Shown piece after piece: positions 16,678 to 24,837 of a stretch of DNA of 32,842 bases (the stretch's first letter is position 1; every line of letters starts with the position of its first letter). The stretch comes from Nitrospirota bacterium. GTDB taxonomy: Bacteria; Nitrospirota; UBA9217. The position numbers and the translations under genes were made by a program. The notes under the pieces were generated by a model. That model did no database searches. It saw only the letters and a program-made list of their open reading frames with translations, and was not told the origin of the DNA. The DNA lies in the NCBI GenBank assembly GCA_041484745.1, contig JBGPIG010000001.1, positions 1-32,842 on the forward strand, read 5' to 3'.

Positions 16678-17514
16678 CTACACGCGCATCCTCGGATCGA
16701 GCTTGTCCCGCAGGAAATCACCCAGGATATTGAAGCTTATCACGGTGATGCTGATGGCAAGACCCGGAAAGATCACCATCCAGGGTGCGGAGTTTATATA
16801 AGCGCGGTTCAGGCTGATCATGGAACCCCAGGTGGGGGTGGGCGGCTGCACACCGAGGCCGAGGAACGAGAGCGCGGCCTCGAGCAGGATGAACCCGCCC
16901 ACGCGCAGACTGCCGGCAACAAGTATGAGAGGAAGCGCGTTCGGCAGGATGTGGCGGTACACGATCCTCGCGGGCGAAGCCCCGAGGGCGCGTGAAGCTT
17001 CCACGTAAGTCTGCTCCTTAAGTGAAAGCGTGATCCCGCGCACGAGCCGAGCGAACCCCGCCCAACCCACGAGCGTGATCGCAAGCATGGTTGACGTGAG
17101 CCCTGCCGGCATGACCGCGCTGATGCCGATTGCGAGCAACAAGCTGGGGAAGGCAAGGAAGATATCAAAGATCTGCAAGAAAAATGCGTCCACTTTGCCT
17201 CCGGAATACCCCGCGATCAGGCCGAAGAAAATGCCGATACCGAGCGACAGCGCCGATGCGATGACGCCCACGGCAAGCGATATGTGCGAGCCGTAGACCA
17301 CGCGCGAGAGGATGTCCCTGCCCTTGCTGTCCGTACCAAGGAGGTGCGCCCCGCCTGGCGGTTGCTTCAGGCTGTTCAGATCCATGACCAGAGGATCGTA
17401 GTGCATGAGAAAAGGGCCGACCAGTGCCGTGAGCGCGAGCAGAACAAGCATAATCACGGCGATCAGGGCAGGGGTGTCGGACGTCAGGTCTTTTATCGAA
17501 AGGTTGTCGAGCAT
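16678..17514 (-). CDS. ABC transporter permease, DppC/OppC family
   Basis: BPD_transp_1 pattern (EASRALGASPARIVYRHILPNALP). Start placed at the ATG at 17514. The track start at 17589 is a TTG lying inside the upstream gene. Confidence 0.85.
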   Translation of the reverse strand: MLDNLSIKDLTSDTPALIAVIMLVLLALTALVGPFLMHYDPLVMDLNSLKQPPGGAHLLGTDSKGRDILSRVVYGSHISLAVGVIASALSLGIGIFFGLIAGYSGGKVDAFFLQIFDIFLAFPSLLLAIGISAVMPAGLTSTMLAITLVGWAGFARLVRGITLSLKEQTYVEASRALGASPARIVYRHILPNALPLILVAGSLRVGGFILLEAALSFLGLGVQPPTPTWGSMISLNRAYINSAPWMVIFPGLAISITVISFNILGDFLRDKLDPRMRV

Positions 17515-17551
17515 AACGTGTCGTCTTGAATCAGGTACTCCGAACTTTGAA

Positions 17552-18490
17552 CTATGCTTCTTCCCCTCTGACCCGCACTCTCGGATCAAGAAAATGGTAT
17601 GAGATATCGACGAGCAGATTCATAGTGACAAAGACCACCGCGCCGAAAAGCACCACCCCCATGATAACGGGATAATCCCTCTTCAGTATCCCATCGAGGG
17701 CATAGCGGCCAAGGCCGTCCCAACCGAAGATGGTCTCGGTAAGAACGGCCCCATTCAGGTAGGAACCGAGGTCCAGGCCGATCAGCGTAATAACGGGGAT
17801 CAGCGAGTTCTTGAGCGCGTGCTTGAGCACTACCGTCGTCTCTGAAAGACCCTTGGCCCGTGCCGCTGCTACGTAGGGCTGTGAAAGCGTCTCGAGCATG
17901 GACGATCTCGTTACCCGTACGATGTAGGAAAGGGAAAACGTGCCGAGTGTCGCCGCCGGCAGGATGAGGTAGCTGAAACCGCCGTTTCCCATGCCCGATG
18001 GAGGCAGCCATTGGAGATAAAAAGCAAAGACCAGCATGAGCGCGAGGCCAAGCCAAAAGACCGGGATGGAAATGCCGCCAACGGACAGGAGCGTCACCAG
18101 CGTGTCCCAGTTCGTCCCACGCCTCACTGCGGCGAATACGCCCAGGCCGATGCCGACGATTGACGCGAAAAGCATTGCCGTGAGCGCCAGCTTGAAGGTA
18201 TTGGGAAATTTCTGGCGCAGATCGTCTGCGATCTTCCGGTTTGTGTAGTAGGAGCGGCCGAGCTCGCCCGTGGCGAGGAGTTTCAGGTAGCCGATGTACT
18301 GGAGGGGGAGCGGCCTGTCTTGGCCGAGTTCAGCGCGGATGCGCGCGATGGTTTCGGGATTGGCGCGTTCACCCGCCATGCCCTGCACCGGGTCCCCAGG
18401 CAACGACTGCATCAAAATAAACGTGATCAGGGTGATGCCGAGGAGGGTGGGAATAAAGAGGAGTATTCTTTTCAGGATGTAAAACGCCAT
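17552..18490 (-). CDS. ABC transporter permease, DppB/OppB family
   Basis: MAFYILKRILLFIPTLLGITLITF is a canonical family N-terminus. Also AARAKGLSETTVVLKHALKNSLIPV and a DPRVR tail. ATG at 18490 is preferred over the TTG at 18502. Confidence 0.88.
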   Translation of the reverse strand: MAFYILKRILLFIPTLLGITLITFILMQSLPGDPVQGMAGERANPETIARIRAELGQDRPLPLQYIGYLKLLATGELGRSYYTNRKIADDLRQKFPNTFKLALTAMLFASIVGIGLGVFAAVRRGTNWDTLVTLLSVGGISIPVFWLGLALMLVFAFYLQWLPPSGMGNGGFSYLILPAATLGTFSLSYIVRVTRSSMLETLSQPYVAAARAKGLSETTVVLKHALKNSLIPVITLIGLDLGSYLNGAVLTETIFGWDGLGRYALDGILKRDYPVIMGVVLFGAVVFVTMNLLVDISYHFLDPRVRVRGEEA

Positions 18491-18620
18491 GGCTGGGTTC
18501 AATCTTACACAATCTCTTGAGAAACCGCAATCGGAAAAAAGGAGAACGATACGCTTATCATGACACGCACCGACCCAAGGAGAAAATCTGATGATCTGTC
18601 AGGCTGAAGAGGCGCAGCTC

Positions 18621-19283
18621 TTACTTTGCTCTCGATCGCGGAACGTAGTATCGGGTGCCCTGCTTCATGTTCAGGACCTGTTTGAGCAAGTCGTCGAGGT
18701 CCTCCCGGCGATGGACGTAGTCGATGTCCGATGTATTGATGACGAGGAGAGGAGTATCGGTGTAACGGAAGAAAAAATGGTTGTAGGCCTCGTTCACTGC
18801 CGCGAGGTAGTCCTCATTGATCTCTTTCTCGAACGGCCTGCCACGCTGTTTGATGCGGCGCAGCAGCGTCTCCGTGTCGGCCTGGAGGAAGATGACCAGG
18901 TCGGGCTTTACGATCTTGGGCTCGAGGATCTTATAAAACTGTTCATAGAGGGCGAGCTCATGCTCATCGAGATTCAGATAGGCGAAGATACGGTCCTTGT
19001 CGAACAGGTAGTCGCTGATGGTGATCTGCGTGAAAAGATCGGGCTGGGCCATTTCCTGCTGCTGGCTGAACCTGCTGAGGAGAAAGAACATCTGCGTCTG
19101 AAAGCGGTAGCGTGAGGGGTCCTTGTAGAAATCGGTAAGGAACGGGTTGTCTTCCGCGCGCTCAAGAATCAGACGGGCGCCAAGCTCCTCGGCAAGGAGG
19201 GACGTGAGACTCGTCTTGCCGACGCCGATGGGGCCTTCGGTCACGATGTACCTGGCAGGGAGCATTGCTGGTTTCTGGCTCAT
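18621..19283 (-). CDS. deoxynucleoside kinase family protein
   Basis: P-loop EGPIGVGKTS, ERAEDNPFL..FY, the LSRF motif and the DR(I/S) region. 220 aa. Confidence 0.88.
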   Translation of the reverse strand: MSQKPAMLPARYIVTEGPIGVGKTSLTSLLAEELGARLILERAEDNPFLTDFYKDPSRYRFQTQMFFLLSRFSQQQEMAQPDLFTQITISDYLFDKDRIFAYLNLDEHELALYEQFYKILEPKIVKPDLVIFLQADTETLLRRIKQRGRPFEKEINEDYLAAVNEAYNHFFFRYTDTPLLVINTSDIDYVHRREDLDDLLKQVLNMKQGTRYYVPRSRAK

Positions 19284-19291
19284 GATGTTTT

Positions 19292-19373
19292 ACCCCGTTA
19301 GAGAAAACCGGCTCCAGCCGGCGATTGAGAGTAAGCATGCGTTCTCGTTAGAGAACCTGCTCTCTAACGGGGT
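19292..19373 (-). promoter_or_regulatory. alternative-pairing RNA structure in the folK-dNK spacer
   Basis: ACCCCGTTAGAGA (19292-19304) is the exact reverse complement of TCTCTAACGGGGT (19361-19373). A third copy, CGTTAGAGA (19346-19354), can pair with the same right arm. The arm nearest the dNK ATG contains the only G-rich SD-like run. Confidence 0.35.
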
Positions 19374-19864
19374 TTATCGTCCGGCTTGCACTTCATCACC
19401 GTGTGCGAATTCCGCAGCTCACGAAGAAGCTGCCGGGCTGTTTTGTGCAGGACCGGATGGACCACCCCGGGGGCAATCTCGGCAAGCGGCGCAAGTACGA
19501 ATTTTCTCGTCGCCATCAGGGGGTGGGGAATGACGAGGTCCGGCTGGTTCATCACCAGGTCGCCGTACAGCAGGACGTCGAGATCAACGGTACGCGGCCC
19601 CCACCTCACCGTGCGGGTGCGGCCCAGCTTGTTTTCGATGACATGGCACAGCGCCAGAAGTTCCGACGGAGAGCGGTCGGTCTCGACAGCGGCCACGGCA
19701 TTGATAAAGTCTTCCTGCTCCTTATATCCGACGGGTTCCGTGTAATACAGGGAAGAAACACGGATGACGCGGCCGGCATCTTCCAAGCACTCGATGGCGT
19801 TCCGGCAGTTGGACTTCCGGTCACCCCTGTTTGAGCCAATCCCGATATATACAGTAACTGCCAT
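19364..19864 (-). CDS. folK: 2-amino-4-hydroxy-6-hydroxymethyldihydropteridine diphosphokinase
   Basis: MAVTVYIGIGSNRGDR, TVRWGPRTVDLDVLLY and IPHP motifs. Start set at the ATG at 19864. The 30-codon extension in the track runs through an intergenic repeat. Confidence 0.88.
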   Translation of the reverse strand: MAVTVYIGIGSNRGDRKSNCRNAIECLEDAGRVIRVSSLYYTEPVGYKEQEDFINAVAAVETDRSPSELLALCHVIENKLGRTRTVRWGPRTVDLDVLLYGDLVMNQPDLVIPHPLMATRKFVLAPLAEIAPGVVHPVLHKTARQLLRELRNSHTVMKCKPDDKPR

Positions 19865-19865
19865 A

Positions 19866-19950
19866 CAATAGTAAACTGCATAGCGCAGAGCGCATGGCGC
19901 AGGATGCATCATGCAGAATTTTACGCTAGGCGCTTTGCTCCCTGCCCCTT
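19866..19950. repeat. imperfect palindromic intergenic repeat, family B (AGCGCAG..GCGCATGGCG ... ACGCTA.GC..GCTTTGC..TCC)
   Basis: Core AGCGCAGAGCGCATGGCG at 19882-19899 and partner block at 19923-19941. A homologous copy lies at 25660-25735. Confidence 0.6.
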
Positions 19951-19955
19951 GCAAT

Positions 19956-21200
19956 TCAAAACTCGAACTGCAGACCGCTCATCCGCTTCTTGAACTCATT
20001 GAGCACCCGTTGCTCGTCCGCCCTGCCGCGGGACTCGAAGGTGGCCGAAAAGCGGATGTACGCGCCTACGTCGTCCCAGGGCACGGTGCTGATGAGTTTC
20101 TCAATGATAAGGAATTCGGAGAACTCTTCGGCAGTTGCGAAGCGTCTGCCGCCCTTGATCCCTTTGGGCATCTTGACGTACAGGTAGAACGTCCCTGCCG
20201 GCATCTTTGCGTTGAAGCCCATCTCCGCCAGCACGCCTGACATCGCCTTGAGTCGGCGCTCGTACTTGGCCGTGATCTCGTCAGAGATCTCCGGGTGGTC
20301 GAGGGCGTACACCCCCGCCTTCTGGATGGCCTTAAACTGGCCTGAATCGCAGTTGTCCTTCACGTTCCCGTAGCCCGCGATCACGCGCTCGTTTCCCGCC
20401 ACAAAGGAGAGGCGCCAGCCGGTCATGTTAAACGCCTTGGACAGGGAATGGATTTCCACGCCCACCTCCCTGGCGCCGGGCACGGAAAGGAAGGAGAGGG
20501 GTTTTGTTCCGTACAGGAGCGCGGCATAAGCCGCATCATTGACGACGACCACCTCGTTTTCCTTCGCAAAGGTCACCACCTTTTCAAAGAACGCTTTGGT
20601 CGCACCCGCACCCGTGGGATTATTGGGGTAGTTGATGTACAGGAGCTTCGCCCGTTTCCTCACATCAACAGAAAGTGAACCGAGGTCCGGAAGGAACCCG
20701 TTCTCCTCCCGGAGCGGCAGATTCACAACCTCGCCCCCGTACCATCGGGTGTGCGTCCCCATGATTGGATAATTCGGAACCGTCATCAGCGTCACGTCGC
20801 CCGGGTTGATGAAGATTGCGGGGAACATTGCCAGAACCGGTTTGCTCCCGATGCCGTGCAGCACCTCGGTCTCGGGATTGATCCCGCTTACGCCGTAGAC
20901 CCGCTGCATATACCGGGCAGCTGCGTCCTTGAACTCCTGGATGCCGTTATCCGCGTAGCCGCGGTTCTCCGGTTTTTCCGCTTCCTGCTGGAGAGTCCGG
21001 ACCACGCCGGGGAAGGCCATTTCATCGGGCTCACCCACGCCGAAGTCGATGAGCTCCATCCCGGGGTGCGCCGCAAGAGCGGCACGCTTTGCGCGCTTGA
21101 TCTTCTCGAACTTATAGATCTTTTGTTCCTTGCCGAACAGGGCGCCGCCGATGCGCTGGGCGAAGAGGGATTGAATGTAGGTATCGTTTGACGTTGTCAA
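19956..21200 (-). CDS. dapL: LL-diaminopimelate aminotransferase (class I/II aminotransferase)
   Basis: IDFGVGEPD, SLSKAFNMTGWRLSF (PLP lysine region) and YPNNPTG. It sits among dapB/dapA/dapF/lysA, and no dapD/dapE are present in the window. Start reassigned to the TTG at 21200, preceded by GGAGGA plus a 7-nt spacer. The track start at 21320 reads through a repeat. Confidence 0.75.
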   Translation of the reverse strand: MTTSNDTYIQSLFAQRIGGALFGKEQKIYKFEKIKRAKRAALAAHPGMELIDFGVGEPDEMAFPGVVRTLQQEAEKPENRGYADNGIQEFKDAAARYMQRVYGVSGINPETEVLHGIGSKPVLAMFPAIFINPGDVTLMTVPNYPIMGTHTRWYGGEVVNLPLREENGFLPDLGSLSVDVRKRAKLLYINYPNNPTGAGATKAFFEKVVTFAKENEVVVVNDAAYAALLYGTKPLSFLSVPGAREVGVEIHSLSKAFNMTGWRLSFVAGNERVIAGYGNVKDNCDSGQFKAIQKAGVYALDHPEISDEITAKYERRLKAMSGVLAEMGFNAKMPAGTFYLYVKMPKGIKGGRRFATAEEFSEFLIIEKLISTVPWDDVGAYIRFSATFESRGRADEQRVLNEFKKRMSGLQFEF

Positions 21201-21220
21201 CGGCGCTTCCTCCAACCTGT

Positions 21221-21323
21221 AAAAAATTATTGGAAATTGAAAATTGGAAATTTGAGATTGGAAAATGACTGATTTAAGATTGAAATCCGCCCTTTTAAAT
21301 CTCCAGTCTTCAATTTCCAATAA
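21221..21323 (-). repeat. family A repeat forming a long hairpin followed by a T6 run (terminator/attenuator-like)
   Basis: TTATTGGAAATTGAA (21227-21241) and its exact complement TTCAATTTCCAATAA (21309-21323). TTGGAAAWT units lie at 21230, 21244 and 21258 (14-nt phase). On the transcribed strand the hairpin is followed by TTTTTT (21226-21221). Confidence 0.6.
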
Positions 21324-22068
21324 CGGTGTTCTTCAGGCTCCCGATCCCCTCAATTCGCACCTCGATCTCATCCCCAGGCTTCATCGGACCTATGCCCGGA
21401 GGGGTGCCGGTGATGATGAGGTCGCCGGGAAAGAGTGTCATGATCTCCGAAATAAAGCTCACAAGATAGTTCACCTTAAAAATGAACTGCGATGTCCGCG
21501 ACGATTGCCGCCGCTCGTTGTTGAGATAGGACTCGATGAGGAGGTCGTCCGGGTTGAGGTCTGTTTCGATCCAGGGCCCAACAGGGCAGAAGGAGTCGAA
21601 AGACTTGGCGCGGGCCCACTGCCCGTCCTTTTTCTGGAGATCGCGCGCGGTCACATCGTTTGCGCAGGTATAGCCCAGGATGTGGTTCTTTGCTTCATCG
21701 GGCACTATGTTTCTGGTCCGGCAACGGATGATGACGCCGAGCTCTGCCTCATAATCCACCTGCGAGCTCATGGCCGGGCAACGAATCGACTCTCCCGGGC
21801 CGATCACCGTTGTGGGCGGCTTGAGAAAAATGATCGGCGTTTCCGGCATCGGCATCCCGAGCTCAGCAGCATGGTCCCGGTAGTTGAGCCCTACAGCCAC
21901 GATCTTCGACGGACTGCAGGGCGCCAATAACCTCACGCGGGAAAGCGCATGGCAGGTTCCCGACGCGTCATAGGAGCCGAAATAATCGCTGTTCAGCTCC
22001 GTAACCCCGCCCTTGTCCAAAATGCCGCATGCCGTCCTGCCCTGGACCTCAAATCGCACGAGCCTCAT
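21310..22068 (-). CDS. fumarylacetoacetate hydrolase (FAH) family protein
   Basis: NYRDHAAE, EAELGVII, ANDVTARD, SFDSFCPVGPW and PGDLIITGTPPG are FAH-family motifs. Confidence 0.88.
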   Translation of the reverse strand: MRLVRFEVQGRTACGILDKGGVTELNSDYFGSYDASGTCHALSRVRLLAPCSPSKIVAVGLNYRDHAAELGMPMPETPIIFLKPPTTVIGPGESIRCPAMSSQVDYEAELGVIIRCRTRNIVPDEAKNHILGYTCANDVTARDLQKKDGQWARAKSFDSFCPVGPWIETDLNPDDLLIESYLNNERRQSSRTSQFIFKVNYLVSFISEIMTLFPGDLIITGTPPGIGPMKPGDEIEVRIEGIGSLKNTVIGN

Positions 22069-22082
22069 CCAGCGCTCCGGGA

Positions 22083-22850
22083 CTACTGTTTTTTATCGAT
22101 CCACATCAGCAGACTCTCTTCCGGAAGAAATCCCGACAGTACGGTCCCGTCATCGCGTACCAGCGTCGGCGTGCCGTTAAATTCGAGCGATCGGGCAAGG
22201 GCCGTGCTTCTCTCCACCGCGGCGGCAGTGCAGTTTGCCGCCGGTTCCGGCACTGCTTTGCCGCTGAAGGCGTCATCCAGAATGGCGACGGACTTGGTGC
22301 AGAGGATCGTCTGCGCTTTTTTCGGAGAATCCTTATGCATGGGCAGCGGGTTCATGATCAGGGCAAAGGAGACATCGCTGTGCTTTGCCACTACCTGCTT
22401 CATGATCTCATGGAGCTGACGGCAATAGGGGCAGTCCGGGTCAGTGAACACGATGACCTTCTTCGTGGCTGTTGCCGGGCCCAGAAGGATTGCGTCGTCG
22501 AGCGGGATCTTGGAGACGTCCACTTTCCGCGCCGGAGGCTGTTTGCCGAGGGATTCGACCGGAACGAGTTGCCCGATCACGAATTTTTTCGAAAAATCGA
22601 GGAAGATGGACCCGCGCTTTCCCTCTCCCGCGTCAATGTCGATTTGCCACAGGCCCTTGATCGGCGACACTTTTATGTCTGTCACCGCCCCGTTCGGCAC
22701 GACCTTCTTCGCGATCGCTTCCGCCTCTTTTTTGTCCAGTTTATGGCAGTCCGTGCAGGCTTTATCGCCTTTTTTCGTCGGAAACGCGAAAGACGAAATC
22801 GGCATGAGAATCAGCACAACCATGACAATAATACCGGTATACCTTTTCAT
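22083..22850 (-). CDS. DsbC/DsbG-like periplasmic thiol:disulfide interchange protein with an N-terminal CxxCH motif
   Basis: Thioredoxin-fold active site FTDPDCPYC. Signal peptide MKRYTGIIVMVVLILMPISSFA from the ATG at 22850, preceded by AAAGGAGAG. CTDCH is encoded at 22743-22757. Confidence 0.82.
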   Translation of the reverse strand: MKRYTGIIVMVVLILMPISSFAFPTKKGDKACTDCHKLDKKEAEAIAKKVVPNGAVTDIKVSPIKGLWQIDIDAGEGKRGSIFLDFSKKFVIGQLVPVESLGKQPPARKVDVSKIPLDDAILLGPATATKKVIVFTDPDCPYCRQLHEIMKQVVAKHSDVSFALIMNPLPMHKDSPKKAQTILCTKSVAILDDAFSGKAVPEPAANCTAAAVERSTALARSLEFNGTPTLVRDDGTVLSGFLPEESLLMWIDKKQ

Positions 22851-22919
22851 TGCATTCTCTCCTTTGTTTTTTGTCCGAATTTTCTGATACTCGAAAAATT
22901 CATGGGACACCGGGGCCCT

Positions 22920-23729
22920 TTACTTGAGCCCCAGCACGTCCTGCATGTCGTACAGACCCGGTTTCTTTCCGATTATCCACTTTGCCGCGCGTACGGCACC
23001 CGCAGCGAAGGTGTCCCGGCTGTGGGCCCGATGGATGATCTCGATGCGCTCGCCTTTACCCGCGAACATGACCGTGTGCTCTCCCACAATGTCCCCCCCC
23101 CGGAGCGTCTGGATGCCGATCTCCTTTTTGGACCGCTCGCCGATCACGCCTTTGCGCTCGTACACCCCGACCTCGTCCAGATTGCGGTTCACGGCCTTGG
23201 CGATGACCTGGGCCATCTTCATGGCGGTGCCTGAGGGGGCGTCCTTCTTCATGCGGTGGTGAGCCTCGACGATCTCCATATCGTAATCCTCGCCGATGGT
23301 CCTGGCGATCTCCGCAAGGACCTTGAAGCAGAGGTTCACGCCGATGCTCATATTGGGCGAGAGGACACAGGGGATTCGTTGAACGCACTGGTTTATCACA
23401 CCGAGCTGTTCCTTCGAAAAGCCGGTCGTGCCGATGACGATGGGCTTGCCAAGGTCCGCGCAAAGCTTAACATGTTCGAGACTGGTCTCGGGGATAGTAA
23501 AGTCTATGAGGACGTCGCCGACGTTCAGTGCGGCTCCCAAGTCATCCGTGATCACGGTCAGGACCCCACCGGCAGGGAGGCCTGCGGGGCCGCAGGAATC
23601 CTGGCCAAGGAGGGAATGCCCCTTCCGCTCGATCGCCGCGGAAAGGCGGATGCCCTCCGAGGTTGAGAGCACATTGACGATCCGGGAGCCCATCCTTCCG
23701 GCCGCGCCGGCTACGACTGCTTTTATCAT
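22920..23729 (-). CDS. dapB: 4-hydroxy-tetrahydrodipicolinate reductase
   Basis: MIKAVVAGAAGRMGSRI, IGTTGF, EAHHRMKKDAPSGTA and RGGDIVGEH. Start at the ATG at 23729, preceded by AGAGGTGA. Confidence 0.92.
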   Translation of the reverse strand: MIKAVVAGAAGRMGSRIVNVLSTSEGIRLSAAIERKGHSLLGQDSCGPAGLPAGGVLTVITDDLGAALNVGDVLIDFTIPETSLEHVKLCADLGKPIVIGTTGFSKEQLGVINQCVQRIPCVLSPNMSIGVNLCFKVLAEIARTIGEDYDMEIVEAHHRMKKDAPSGTAMKMAQVIAKAVNRNLDEVGVYERKGVIGERSKKEIGIQTLRGGDIVGEHTVMFAGKGERIEIIHRAHSRDTFAAGAVRAAKWIIGKKPGLYDMQDVLGLK

Positions 23730-23750
23730 GATTTCACCTCTTGGAATGTA

Positions 23751-23827
23751 ACCACGGAGGCACAGAGACACGGAGAAGAACGAAAAGATAAAGCTTCTTC
23801 TCGGCGAGCCCTGCGTCCTCTGCGGTG
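23751..23827. repeat. imperfect palindromic intergenic repeat, family C (CACGGAGGCACAGAGACACGGAGAAGAA ... TTCTTCTC..CTGCGTCCTCTGCGGTG)
   Basis: GAGAAGAA (23773-23780) pairs with TTCTTCTC (23795-23802) around a 14-nt loop. The outer arms are partially complementary. Confidence 0.5.
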
Positions 23828-23838
23828 AATGGTTTGAC

Positions 23839-24711
23839 TTAAATCAATCCGTAGTCCTTCAGCGCCTTCTTCAGCTTCTCCTTGTTCGCCTCAGCCATGG
23901 GGCAGAGCGGCAGGCGGAACTCCTCGGCGATCTTGCCCATGAGCGCGAGCGCGGTCTTCACCGGGATCGGGTTCGTCTCGATGAACATGGCGCTATGGAG
24001 CGGGTCCATTTTATAGTGGAACTTGAGCGATTCCTCCATCTTGCCGGCAAAGAAGGCATCGAACATCCCCGCCGCGTCCGCGGGCACCACGTTGGCTGTC
24101 ACCGAGATGGCGCCCACGCCGCCGAGGGCGAGGAGCGGGAGCGTGGTGAAATCGTCCCCCGATATTACGTCGAAGTCTCTGCCGCAGAGCCGAATGAGTT
24201 CGCTCACTTGCTTCAGGTCGCCGGTGGCTTCCTTGATGCCGACAATGTTACTGATTTCGCGAAGGCGCGCTACTGTTGCGGGAAGCATGTTCACGCCTGT
24301 CCTGCCCGGTACGTTGTAGAGGATGATTGGTATTTCCACTGACTCGGCCACACGCTTGAAATGCCGATAGAGTCCCTCCTGGGTGGGTTTGTTGTAATAG
24401 GGCGTGATGAGCAGTACGCCCTGTGCCCCGGCATTTTTTGCATATTTCGTGAGCTGCAACGTCTCCTCGGTGCTGTTCGAGCCGGCACCCGCGACGACAG
24501 GAACGCGCTTATTCACTGTCTTCACGGTGAACTCCACGACGCGGTGGTGTTCCTCGTGCGACAGCGTGGCTGATTCGCCCGTCGTGCCGCAGGGCACGAT
24601 CACGTCTGTACCGCTCTTGATATGGAACTCGATCAAATCGCCGAGGGCCTTTTCATCAACCTTCCCATTCCTGAACGGCGTGACAATTGCTACCATTGAA
24701 CCCTTAAACAT
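23839..24711 (-). CDS. dapA: 4-hydroxy-tetrahydrodipicolinate synthase
   Basis: GSMVAIVTPF, PCGTTGES, YNVPGRTG and GIKEATGD motifs. Start at the ATG at 24711, preceded by AAGGAGG. Confidence 0.93.
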   Translation of the reverse strand: MFKGSMVAIVTPFRNGKVDEKALGDLIEFHIKSGTDVIVPCGTTGESATLSHEEHHRVVEFTVKTVNKRVPVVAGAGSNSTEETLQLTKYAKNAGAQGVLLITPYYNKPTQEGLYRHFKRVAESVEIPIILYNVPGRTGVNMLPATVARLREISNIVGIKEATGDLKQVSELIRLCGRDFDVISGDDFTTLPLLALGGVGAISVTANVVPADAAGMFDAFFAGKMEESLKFHYKMDPLHSAMFIETNPIPVKTALALMGKIAEEFRLPLCPMAEANKEKLKKALKDYGLI

Positions 24712-24735
24712 AGTGGCCTCCTTAGTATACAACTT

Positions 24736-24830
24736 TCAAACATCAAGCACCAAATCCCAAATAAGTTCCGATGATAAAAGTTCTGAAATATTGATTATTG
24801 AAATTTGTTTGTGCTTTGGGATTTGGTCAC
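24736..24830. repeat. family A intergenic repeat (dapF-dapA spacer)
   Basis: ACCAAATCCCAAA (24749-24761) and its exact complement TTTGGGATTTGGT (24815-24827). The end blocks are homologous to the copy at 29615-29708. Confidence 0.6.
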
Positions 24831-24837
24831 TGGCGCT

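Noticed and set aside
19865-19954. N-terminal extensions in the ORF track for folK (to 19954), dapL (to 21320), dapB (to 23771), dapA (to 24732), the DsbC-like gene (to 22910) and the small protein (to 12500).
   Set aside because: The extensions read through intergenic repeat elements or lack an SD. Internal starts with good SDs coincide with the conserved family N-termini.
21230-21266. The 14-nt phased direct repeats (also at 29679-29701 and 30943-30965) were considered as a mini-CRISPR or tandem repeat array.
   Set aside because: There are only 2-3 units of 9 nt with 5-nt gaps, no unique spacers of CRISPR length, and no cas genes. The units are part of larger palindromic elements.
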